A stretch of DNA of 63,735 nt, the filler included, from Sphacelaria rigidula (Eukaryota), in the NCBI GenBank assembly GCA_964200075.2. It is 8 parts of 8 records of this genome, joined end to end, with 100 filler letters (N's around TTAATTAATTAA, not from the genome) between each part and the next. Parts side by side here need not be neighbours in the genome. Positions count along the whole stretch, not along the records: positions 23,942 to 31,820 come from CAXNAA020013121.1; positions 31,921 to 39,799 come from CAXNAA020013122.1; 6 more parts are not named here. One strand, given 5' to 3'. Numbering within the stretch: the stretch's first letter is position 1; each line of letters starts with the position of its first letter. Below the pieces are notes generated by a model. The model saw only the letters and a list, made by a program, of their open reading frames with translations. It was not told the DNA's origin and did no database searches. A program made the translations under genes and the position numbers. Of this stretch, positions 27,001 to 38,200 are shown piece after piece.

Positions 27001-27377
27001 ACGAAGAGGGAGAAGAAGAGGAAGAGGAAGAGGGAGAAGAAGACGAACAAGAACAAGAACAAGGACAAGAAGAAAGCAAGAACAAGAACAAGAACAAGAA
27101 GGAGAAGGAGAAGGAGGAGAAGGAGAAGGAGGAGAAGAAGAAGAACAAGAAGAAGAAAAAGAAGAAGAAGAAGAAGAAGAAGAAGAAGAAGAAGAAGAAG
27201 AAGAAGAAGAAGGAGGAGAAGATCATCTTGCGCAGAGTCAGCAAAATATTAGCACGGGAAGGAGTAGGCGGGTACATGAGGGGCGTGAAAGGCGTGGCAG
27301 GTCCAGTTCGGTCGAAAGCACAACAGGGCAGGCGGATAAATCGGTCCTGCAACCTAGGAGCCAGCGTGGACGTTTGA
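24023..27377 (+). pseudogene. Decayed multi-exon gene, probably transposon-borne: 2 U1-type Zn fingers, PIP-box-like motif, Cys/His domain, AT-hook, acidic and poly-Lys tail
   Basis: Exons ~24023-24171, 24391-24558, 24768-25304, 25696-25946, 26120-27377 with phase-compatible GT-AG; stops at 24128, 24407, 26652; frameshifts near 24840-24890 and in the G12 run 26210-26221. Confidence 0.7.
26872..27221. repeat. Purine-rich tri/hexanucleotide repeats (GAG, GAAGAC, GAA, AAG)
   Basis: Seen directly; read as D/E then K tracts in the pseudogene frame. Confidence 0.95.
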
Positions 27378-28084
27378 GGGTTGCGAAAAGACGGTTCCCT
27401 TTTGATTCTTGAAGGCCTCTGTAGTCCAAGTAGGTAGTGATACGGGTGGCGTATTCCATACAGGGACCTGCAGGGCCTCCAGCTTAGCGTGTTTACGAAT
27501 GGATACTGCTTGGAGTAGTTTTCTGCCTGCGAATGAGCGTTTCCCTACTAACACGGTTATGCAGCAGTCTACACCAGGGCTCGCAAGCTCCATACCATTG
27601 TCGACTGCGATTGCTATATTCGAAGGTGACCGCGGGTCAGACAAGTTTCGTCCTGTTTGCAGCAACCGCAACCCTTCACGGCGGTCAGCGTAAGAAGAGT
27701 CACACGCAAATATCGTGAAACATGCTTACTGCTTGCGCCTTATAACATAAATAAGAGTGCAAGATGGGTTGCGACTAGGCGGCACAAATTCCCAGCAGAA
27801 ATAATTTGAATTCATCCGTCGAAAGTGACCTGGATCGACGGGATATTCCCCCCCCACCCACCCATCTCCCTCGTCCCCCCACACGTTTTTTCATTGCGCA
27901 CATACAGTGTCCATGTCGCCTTCCAGAGCACGAATTATTTGGCACCTCAAAACCTCGCCTCGAAACCAACGCGGCACAAAAAGGCAACTTATGACTTGAA
28001 AAGAAAATTACATGTTTTTGTTAAAAAAAATCGGGCCCGAAAAAGGGGTTCGTAGGGGGTTGGGGTTGGTCATTTCCAGCCCTG

Positions 28085-28738
28085 ATGTACCCCTGTCTCA
28101 GCCTTAAGGTCAGTATGCAGGGACGCACAGTACGAGAACGGACGGTATCGGCAGCCAATGTGAAGAAATTTCATGTGCGCCCTGAACAGCTGCGACACCC
28201 ATTTCCGGATGAGTACTCTCAGTTAGCATGGGGGGCTGATCTGGGTTTGGCTGAGGGGATCGAGGCCGTCCCAAAACTGTACACACTGACCGATAGGAAG
28301 GTGTTGCTAGGACCAGGCTCGTCATAGGAGTGGGCCTATCGAGGGTGATTTCATGACGGAGCTGAATCTCATTGGCTTTCTGAGGAGGAAGTGTTGGACA
28401 GTTTCACAGGGTTGCAGCTGGGCATGTTTCATGCTCTGTGGGAACTATATCACCTGCAAGACAAATCACGCCCATCTGTTACGTCATCTTGAGCAGAAAG
28501 AGACTCTATTGCTCGGGATGAAGCTTTACGACAGATTCCTCGAGGGACTAAAATCCGTAAACGGTTTGTAGACAACCAAGGTGAGCAGCAGGAGTTCGAC
28601 GGGGAGGTGCTCGATTTCCGTCAGCCGTATCACCGTATCAAGTATGAGGGTGGAGATTGGGAAGAGATGACGCCGTTGGAGGTGCGAAAATATATGGTGG
28701 ATGGGCAGGATACCGGAACAGTTTCAGGGTCTAACTGA
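28085..28738 (+). pseudogene. Ty3/Gypsy pol C-terminus: integrase tail, chromodomain-like and Tudor-like modules
   Basis: One frame with three point stops: ...SAANVKKFHVRP...LYTLTDRK..*EWAYRG*FHDGAESHWLSEEEV...GTKIRKRF..FDGEVLDFRQPYHRIKYEGGDWEEM; followed by PPT and LTR. Confidence 0.75.
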
Positions 28739-29015
28739 TGGAGGAAAGATACCGTTTCTGCACGGTGTTTAGATTCCCGACGTGGTCTAACCCGGCGGAG
28801 CGGTCAACAAGACAACGGACCCCCCCCGGGCGGGATAGAATCGTTCCTGCGCGGTGCCGAAGTGCTCTACGCGGTCTAACCAGCAGAAAGGTTATCAAGA
28901 TCGACGGCTACACCAAGACGCCGAGTACTCGGGAAGAGGGACATGGTATCGCGGCGATCCATCGTGCAAACCACGTTCAGTCCCAGGGTTCTTCAATCCT
29001 AGGATTAAGGGGGGG

Positions 29016-29659
29016 TGTTACGGATCGCGGCGTGGCGGGGTGAATGGAGATAGTACGATGATGGGCCGTCGGTTTCAAAATTACACTACGCCCGGAGGGC
29101 TGATTGCGGGAACTGGCCAGTACCGTGATCAGCGGTGAAGGCGGTGTAATCCGTCAAAAGACGGCATACATAAACATGCCTCTTTACATCCGGTTGGATC
29201 CGGTTCTTTACAAGCATCGATTCAGCTGGCACCCTGGGATTCACTCTCTTCTGAGTGCTGAGGTAAATCCCACCAAGAAAGGAAAATAAATCGAATCGAC
29301 CTGAAGAGGTGATCAAGATATCGTGACGTTCGTCGTGTATCGTTCTGCATTGAACTTACCCACGTGCTGTGAGCTTACGCTTGTTTCAGACATAACGGTG
29401 AGACTGTAACGAGGTTGATTTAGATAACGAGCAGATGCATGAAGGTCGGCATAGTAGTTAGAAATGAACAAATACACAATCGGGATGGTGTATTTTCAAT
29501 GTGTTCCTGCGTATTCAACATGATATATATTAATCATCACGCATTTGTCTAGGCATGATTTGACGTAACTAGATGCTTGTTCACTCTAGGATATCGGCTC
29601 GCACAGTAGAGATACGCATGTGGACGACCACAATGAACAACACTATTCTGTTTGTATCA
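29016..29659 (+). mobile_element. 3' LTR (TGTTA...TATCA)
   Basis: Follows PPT AAGGGGGGG; similar to 229-881. Confidence 0.78.
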
Positions 29660-29757
29660 ACTCCTGTTCTCCTATACACACACTACATATATACATGATA
29701 CATGGTGCACATCCTTTTTAGCATATCATCCATACTCGTGTACATGATACATAAGCA

Positions 29758-30601
29758 TAATTGTTGCAACGGTAGGGGTGCACAAATATTTTCTGAGGTT
29801 AGAATTGTTAGGAGGAGCCCTCTATCTCATACAAAACAAGACTAATGAAAAAAGGGAGAGTACGCCAGGATTACCATGTGCCACGAGCTGGGCCAGCCAA
29901 GAGTACGTGTGAATCTCGCTCAGGCGACGCACGGCGCGATATCAGGAGTTGGACGCTGAACTTTTGATAGCAGCTTTTCATGATCGAAATGCAGAAGATC
30001 ACTGTTCCAGCAACTAAAAATGAAATAAACTGAGAAGTTATGGGCATTTGAAATTTCAGCAAAAACAAGATAATGCGGTAAGTCCAGGGAAAAACGGAGA
30101 ATCTGCAGCTGGACACGTGAAGTATCAGTCCCTTGGGCGCAAAAGGTCTTCCTGAAGTTTCAGCTGAAGACTCGTCGAATTGGGCCGTGCGTTTAACATA
30201 TTCCGTACCGTCATAAATCAAGTGATGGGAATATCCAATGATGAAGGTCATGAGTTCGAATCCCGACAGATTCTCTTTTTTTTCCGTCCGTCGTTGAGGT
30301 CATACATTATGCAGTATATATTTTTCATTTTTTGCTTCATTTAGCGGCGGTGCCGTGTGTCACCAGGTTGGTCTACACTTCACAGTGTTATGACTACATC
30401 GGGTTCATTCGGGAAACTGGGGAAGCTGTGGTGTGAGCAAGTTTTAGCAGCTTTTAAGCTGGCCCCGCTCCTATGAATGTCCCGAATGACTTTGCGAACG
30501 GGGACGCCCTGACCTATATTCTTGTGCATCCGAAATCTTCAGGAGCTCCTGAACCGGACAAGATTTCGCGCAAATAGTGCACACCTACCATAGCATTGCT
30601 T
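29758..30601. mobile_element. Sola2-like MITE (degenerate left end) interrupted by the 29890-30465 insertion
   Basis: Both flanking halves match 43505-43758; right end CCTACCATAGCATTGCTT. Confidence 0.6.
29890..30465. mobile_element. Harbinger-like MITE (GGGCCAGC...GCTGGCCC)
   Basis: 8-bp terminal inverted match; GCT on both sides (one-base offset on the right); second copy ~41503-42067. Confidence 0.6.
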
Positions 30602-31699
30602 GATGGCAGTACAGATCGTAATCTTTACATGGGCGACGACGTACATGCCTGCTGCTCCCAGGATACAGGCTGGCTCACGGAGAACCCCCAGAAACACTCA
30701 TCGGCAAACCTTCACGCCGTTTTAAGGAGTTAGACCCTGAAATATTTTACAGGTGTTCTATAGGTCATGACGCAACCTTCCGAGGTCAATTTTTTTCCTC
30801 GACGTTTTCACCGTTTTTCCGGGGTCCCAGTTTTTTCGGGGAAACCTCGATCCATTCGGACCCCCGTAAAACGATAGAAAAAAACCCCTCGTCCATCAAA
30901 AGTTGCGCCATGACCCGTAGCACAGTTGTGCAAAATTTCAGAGTCTAACTCCTTAAAATGGCGTGAAGTTTTTCGCGTCTGTGCGATGAACCTTGTCGTG
31001 CCACGTTAAAACGGCAAACTACTAGATTTTAGTATGAAAATGACTTGGGCCTACTTTGACGTGAACATGAGAATTCATGCACCACTCAATCGATTTTGGC
31101 CACGAAACTTTGTAAGGTTCTTCCTTGGATTTTTCGGTGACAAAGCGTTCGCGAAAAAAATGAAAAAACATACCGTAGTGCCGGTTCTCCGGAATCCCAG
31201 AATGAACGACTTCGAAAAAGCGACTTGGGTCCCGTCGGAACCCCGAGAAACGGCAAACAATTCAAAATTTAGAAAAACCTTGTCGATCGAAACTTGCGTA
31301 ATGATTCATAGCATATTTGTGCAAAGTTTCAGGGTCTAACTCCTAATAAATGCGTGAAGATTAGCGCGTTTGTGCGAGGATGTGAGCTTAAAACGTGCAA
31401 ACTCCTCTTATTATAATAGCTACTTGGTTTGAGTATGAAGGCATGTTTTAACAGTGGATCCTAGAAAATGGGGCTGATACAAGATAGGGGGTTGAAGTGG
31501 TATTTCTTTTTTGCAGGGAAGACGCGAAACAGTAGCGACCGAGCGAAGCCATCTTCCCCCCAAATGTCCGCAGCAGTTGAGCAGCTGTGGCTAGGTGCAC
31601 CTAAGGAATACGGTGTACACGCCGCGTGTCGATGACGATATGACCAGAGAGAGAAGCAACGACAGAGAGGAAGCTCCTCGCCCGCGTTCTTTCTGTGTC

Positions 31700-31808
31700 C
31701 CCGCTCGGCGTTTACCAAACTCTCGAGAGACTGGCATCATCGATCTTACCAGCATGTGCCAAATTTTCCATGTCCCGAAACACCAAGCTGCGGAGAGATT
31801 CCGTCGTC
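31700..31808 (+). pseudogene. RWP-RK-like domain N-terminal part, cut by a transposon end at 31809
   Basis: IIDLTSMCQIFHVPKHQAAERF resembles the first helices of RWP-RK (I.L..L...FH.P...AA..LG); the RWP motif itself is not in the contig. Confidence 0.4.
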
Positions 31809-31820
31809 GAGTGATGCTAC

Positions 31821-31920
31821 NNNNNNNNNNNNNNNNNNNNNNNNNNNNNNNNNNNNNNNNNNNNTTAATTAATTAANNNNNNNNNNNNNNNNNNNNNNNN
31901 NNNNNNNNNNNNNNNNNNNN
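31821..31920. other. Artificial contig linker
   Basis: N44-TTAATTAATTAA-N44. Confidence 0.98.
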
Positions 31921-32878
31921 TGCCACTTCAACCCCATATTTTGTATGAGCCCCAAAATTTAAAATCGGCTGTTATTACGGGTGATCAGGTTCGTTTCTCA
32001 AATTCGCACGGAACTGCATTTTTTTACTTCACATTCTCAGGAGCGTTGGGTGGGGTCAAATTAGCAAAGCATTTCTTCATAAAAAAGCCGTATTTTATTC
32101 GTTCCCCACGTCATTCCCATGGTTTTCAAGAGGTATAACCAGAAATTTCGTACATGAATACCCAAACAAAATACCAAAGTCGTGACTATTGCTTTACGCC
32201 ATTATATACGCTCATTTCGAGATATCTGTCGCTCAATATGGGTGAAAATGTTTCGGAACAACTCGTACCCCCAATATCTTCGTTGTAGAGGGAGTTTTAT
32301 TATCAATTAGGGCACGTTTTGTTTCTTGGCGAGGTGTGCACAAAATCAAGCCGCAATTCTCAACCTCATCGAGAAAAGAGGTGGTGACACCTTTCCAGGT
32401 TTTCAAGGAAAAAGGGAGACCAAATTGCAGTGTCGAGCAAGCGTGCACTTTGCTCTTCATCTAAGGAAATATTCGGAGGTCAAGGCTTTCTTTCTGCCAA
32501 GATACACCCTTGTCTTATGCGGTTTCCTATAATTCTTGATTGTTCGACGTCTGTGCCGATCCCCTTCGAAGACCGTCGCGTGCATGTGGACAGTGCTAGC
32601 AGATCTTGACCCTGGGTGCTCTTCAGTCACCTCAAACCACGAGACTGCTGCACACCTGTTGGCTTATTCGTTTTGCGGCACTCCTGCCAACCGTTTTCGT
32701 TCATCTAGCGGCCGTCGCCTTCAAAACAGTCTTCCCACGATGCTGGGATCGTCATCGGGCAAAATCTCGGCGAAGAACCCTTGGGCGCTTGAAGGGCTGG
32801 AATCCTTCTGTAGCTCTAGCTTCAACCCTGAGCAGACTGAGGACCGAGAAACATGCGAAGCGCACCCTAGGTGAAGTA

Positions 32879-33762
32879 GTAGTAGTAGTAGTAGTAGTTG
32901 TTGTTGTTGTTGTTGTTGTTGTTGTCTTCACATTAAAAACCGTTCCGATATCTGCGCGGTACATTCGTACTGGGCATCTAATACGGACGCCCTCCGTGGT
33001 CATAGGCTCGCAAAATAAAATAAAAAGTAGACCTAGATTAAGACCCACAAAACGCGATACAAGCGAAACAGGAATACAGAAGAAAGAAGGAAGATAATAG
33101 ATATGGCTAACCTCAGAAGACCCGGTGTCGCAGGTGGTCATTCAGGCTTCAGGGGGTAGCACCCGGCTTTCCAACTCGACGCGCGACGCCAAGTGAAACA
33201 AACATAGGGCCCGACTCGGGCGAGACTCAAGGCCCCAGATACCGCCAGCCAAAGAACTAAGAATCGCAAGGTTCCATCTTTCGGCCTCTCGAGAAACAGC
33301 CATACGTACAAGCATACCAGGTGTATCAAGCAAGCACTGCATGACATAACGACACCCCTCCTCGCGGGGGTTCACCCCCCACCCCCTCCTTCTCTGGACC
33401 GTCGTCATTGCTGTGCTATTTGGGCTTCGTTGGTCGCCCGTGTAATCGCACGCAGTCGACTGACCTTTTCTTCATTTCTGTGCCATGAGGACATGAACCT
33501 CTCCGCTCCCTGCAGCACTCCCGCGCGCCACGGCAACCCCCCCTCCTTATTTGCTGCTGAGGTTCATAGGGCGCGGTCAATTCCGAATGTCTGGCGGTTG
33601 TCGTCCGTAGAGCCGTCCGTGGCTCCGAAAGCGTGGAGATCGTCTCTCAGGCACTTCAGACAGTTTTGTTCCGGGCACCCTTTTTGTGGATCCTCCCCCC
33701 CAACTATTGTTCCGAATGCTATTCGCTTCGGTAATCGTCCGTCCGGTTGTCTAGCCAGGGCC
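32879..33762 (-). mobile_element. 5'-truncated RTE-clade LINE
   Basis: ORF2 C-terminus LARQPDGRLPKRIAFGTIVGG...CLRDDLHAFG, 3' UTR, (AAC)n(TAC)n tail, GAAGTA on both sides (32873-78, 33763-68). Confidence 0.85.
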
Positions 33763-34775
33763 GAAGTACGCCTTGGAAAACCAAACATGAAAACGACTTG
33801 AGCAAACGTGCGTGCTCGCACGTAGTTGAGCGCTTGAGAGTGTCAGCCGTCAGCAAATCCTAGGCATGACAATCAAGGATTATTAGAAGACGAAGTCCTG
33901 AGAACCCTACTGAACAATCTGCTAGATTGTCTGTTGTACACTGACGTAGCATGCCTTTTCCTTCACGTACCTGGAACCAGCCTCAGCTCTTTGGACACCC
34001 GTATCCCTAGTTGAGCGCTGAACAGCCTGATTCGTGGGTAGGCTCGGAACACTTCTTTTCGGTGAGAGACAAGCTCTGTATAGAAGAGGCCGTTGCCATG
34101 CATATACCGCGCGTCACAGTTATTATGCACAGGCCCCAACCGGCAGCATATTTCCGTCTCAAAACAACAAAACAACAGCGTAACCGCGCCAGCAGTAGGG
34201 GTGGTCACGCGTGTACAAACAAAATGACAGCACTCAGCAACATAATCCACGGACACAGGAGGTGGCATTCTCTCACTTCCTGCACATTGGTTTGTTTGTA
34301 TGAGCCCAAACTCAGCGCGGGGGGCGGGGGGCGCGGGCGGGGCGTACTCATTAGTTGCTTGCCTTAGTTGTTTGGCCATTGACCATGCATCCCTTTCGAG
34401 ACGGAGCACTGGGGGGGAAGAGGGACTCAACCCCAGTGAGTCAGGCTGCCGAACACGCTGTGTGGAAAATATTTTGTTGGACTAGGAGCAGGGAAGCAAA
34501 CTATTTTCGACAAAAAGGTACGAGTTGACCGTGAGTCCGAAGAAGCGAACACACGCGGTGGTCAAGAAACACCAGTCGGGCGGTTGATTATTGGAGTTAG
34601 CTGGAGACCGCACCGCACCCATTAGGACGGGGTATCGGAAAAGTCAGTTCAGCCATAGCCGTCAATGTACGTTCGATACTTCATGCAGCTAATGCAGCTG
34701 CTTGCAGAGGCCTTTGTGATGGTCTTACCGTGGCTTTCGCCCGATGCCTGAAACTCTCCTATAATAACAAACAAG

Positions 34776-35200
34776 AGGGGGGGGTAGGGTACTCATGATC
34801 ATGCATGCCGTAGTCATATGGTCATTGACCTCTCATCCCTACAACGCCGGAACGGAGCACGCCGGGTTTTCCCCGGACCAGGCTCGCAATCAATCATCAA
34901 GCGCGGAGCGCCGTGATGTTTTCGGCGCGTCGCATGAAGGGTGAGCTGCATCCTGCTAAGATTGTTCGGCCCCAAGCGTACTGACTTTCTTGCATTTGGA
35001 TGATAGCCTTCAATGAGCTGCTTTATTTCGAGTATCATCACTTCCACAGAAAGCTACGGCTTTCACACTGCCTTTGCGCGATAATTAAGGTTCTCCCACT
35101 TGGCACAATATGATCTAGCTCGAACACCATTTTTGAAACCGCAAAAACAAACGCAAGCAAGCGCTTAAAACAAGCGGTACGCTGGTTGGATAGCTTACGC
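34776..35200 (+). repeat. LTR-like dispersed repeat family 2 (other copies ~43080-43335, ~45190-45640, ~47636-47778)
   Basis: Shared GTACTC(A/G).GATC(A/T)TGCAT...(A/G)GCTCGCA..GAAGGGTGAGCT body, preceded by G-rich purine tracts. Confidence 0.6.
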
Positions 35201-38200
35201 AGAGCGCGGGGGGGGGGGATGCAACAACTAAGAGATAGGTCACCCCTTGATGAACACACGTACAAGGTACACCCTTCTCCGTCATTCATGGCAAAATGCG
35301 ACTCACACCTATTGATGGTAACATGATGTTTCTCGCACAGACACTATATCAGTGGCGCTGGGAAGCATGTGCACATCTTGCACGTTAAACAGGATTGAGA
35401 CCAAGCAATACGATTCCACCAATGTCCCGATGAAGGGGCCCATGCACCTGACTTGGCGGCTTGAATGCGCTTTCGGCAAAACACGAATGAAAGCCATGAG
35501 GGCGCAGACTACCACAACTCCGGTACTGCACAGTGCTGAAACTCAGCACGGGGTCAATGTCGTCGTCGCGCATACATCGAGTTTCCCGTGTCACGGCAAG
35601 AGTGTTCGTTGAGGCGTGGCGCATACCAAACCTTTTTTGCAGTCAATGAAATACACGCGATCTATGTGGTACGGTTTCTCAGGTAATTGTAGCCGACGGC
35701 ATGCCGCCTGCGCATGTTCTGGTTTATCCATCAACCTCCTGGATCTAGTACATAAAGTTACGCTGCATGCGGACCTCCTAACGAAAAAGCTGGCATCGCA
35801 CGTCGCATCCCGCGCGCAGTCAACCAAAAGTAATGAAGACCACGTGGCTGCCAAGTTGGATCGGGACAAGAGGCTGCTCTCGGTCTGTCAACACGATGAA
35901 GCGGCAGCATCGTGCCTACTAATTTGTGCGGGTTCGGCTCATGCCATGATATACTCATACATGAGCTCCTCCTTGCAAGTTTCGGTAGATTCCCGTGGCG
36001 CTCAATTCATCAAAGGTCAAGAGCGACTTTGTTATGTGCAGTCCGGACCATGCACAATATCCTATAACTGTCGGCACTCTCGACTGAAGCTCCGGTTTTG
36101 CTTCTTCGTATTTTCGACCAACCGCTGTTGGGAAACTGTCGCATGCCTGCTTGAAACCCATGTCTATTCAGCGGTCATGTATGCTTTCAAAAACATGCTT
36201 CAGAAACTCACGAGACTATCATCAGACAAGATCTTGCGACAGAAACCGCCGTTCAAAGGGCGAAGCCCTTTAGAGCCCAGTCGTCAGCTGGCCGCTAATT
36301 GGCGAGACCTGTGGGGAGGATTCGGACTAGTTATTTGTGGCGCAAAGGCAACGCCTACATTGCACCTCCATTGAAGAGCGTGTTGTCACATATACACCGC
36401 CTGTCATGCCTATTCGCTACGATCACCAGCGCGTTGCCATCGCAAGAGAGTGAAACATGTAGTACATGTGTGTGGTCATGTCTGGATGGAAAAATTAACA
36501 CACACAGCTGTTGTTGCCGAATAGCACAATTATTTGATCGCCAGGGTAGGGTATTCGCGGTTTTCTCCAAGTAAAGGTGGTGGCGATCCAACAGATGACC
36601 CATCTTGACGGTCAAAGAGTTCCAGTGACATTGAAAACTGTGTCAGTGGAACATTTGCGCGATCATCAATGAGTGAAGGCTTCGACACGTGGCTAGTGCC
36701 AAACAGCTAACTGCTATGGTGTGTTCGGTGGGAGAAGTTGTGGCTTCGTGCTCAAAGTCATCGCGGGAAGTGCCTTTCCACAGACACTGAGCAGGACGGG
36801 CACAAATTGACACTCACACCAGCAAAGCGCGTGAAACCTACTCGGTGAGCTTTGCTCCACCTCATACACCTGCTGCTGAAGCGGGTGCTCGTGGCCTTGA
36901 TAGTTGGGCAAGGTGTGTCGACCTCGGTCTGCTTTTTGTGCATTTCCAACATGTGGACAAGAAAAATCCAATCCGCCCGCTAAGCCACGATGACCTTTCC
37001 CGGGCCGCTGCATTCGTACTGGGCGAAATCATGAACTCAACATATTTGAGTTGAAGTTTACCCCGCCTAGCGGTGGCTGTCCGGGCCGATCGCTACTTTA
37101 AATCTCCGGACGATCAAAATGCTGAATACTCAGACAGTTGGCCTCGGGCGCTCAACATGTTCACTTTTGAGCACCCGAAACTGGATTCTTGAAAAAAAAG
37201 ACACTTATTTTAAATGGAAACGATGCCAAGTTGACAGATGGACGGACCTGGGTGGTGAAAGAGCTAGCGCTTCGATCGCGAAGCATCGACAGATGTAAGT
37301 CTGCTAGTGGCATACATGACCCGAAATGGACACATTGGCTGTTGAAGGATGAACATTGCAAGCAGAGCAATGTCTGCATACCTTAGGCCGTGTCTTATCG
37401 CGACCTGAAAAATCGGTTTCGCTCGTGATAGGTCGCGGCGATACCACCCCCTTAAAAGACAAGCGAAGCTGATTTCTAGTGACGGGTATCTGGTCCATGA
37501 AACGCATTTTTGTAAGTTTTCAAAATCAGTCAGGCTGTTTCAGAAATCAGATGGCTCGCAGGGGAACATATTAGTTCGGCACAACCACTCTGATGTATTA
37601 ACGACACCCCCAACAGCGCTGAAATACTGTACTGTTGTGCTGCACTATGATACTGACATGCTCCGTTGCACGCACCGGACACGTCACTTGAAAGGAAAGT
37701 ATACATGATTTTTTGGAGCACATGCATCACTTTCATCAGTGAAATACATAGCGGCTGAGCTCGTGTGCCTGACATTTTGGATCTGGAGCGAGGTCATCGC
37801 GGAAGGGGAGGAAAGGGGTTCGGGGACTGAACCAAAGATGAGGGGAGCATGAAATGGCGGGAGCGTGGCTTGTTATCGCCGGGACTAGACATTTTTTCGC
37901 CTGCCGCACCTGCTGCTTTACCCTTACTGACAACTGCCACTGTACAGTACGCGTCAGCACTCTAGAATCTGGCAGTTAAGAATTTGAGGCTGACATTTCC
38001 GGCATGTGAAGAATCTGCACTTGCGCATTTGTGCTGAACTCGATGAGGAAATTAGAACTGTAGTCATTTGTGCTGGACTCGATGATATATTGGATTCAAG
38101 CAGTTGTGCTGAAATTAGAGGGAAAATAAGATGCGAGCCTCAGCCAAAAAAGAAGTTTCTTCAGTGCTGACGCATACTGCACGCTTGGTGGCGGGGCTCT

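Noticed and set aside
35616-36374. 252-aa plus-strand ORF as a gene
   Set aside because: No recognisable motif; reads like the antisense of a decayed sequence I could not identify.
37189-37386. Polinton/viral exonuclease-like WVVKELAL
   Set aside because: Single short motif with no other catalytic residues or viral genes nearby.
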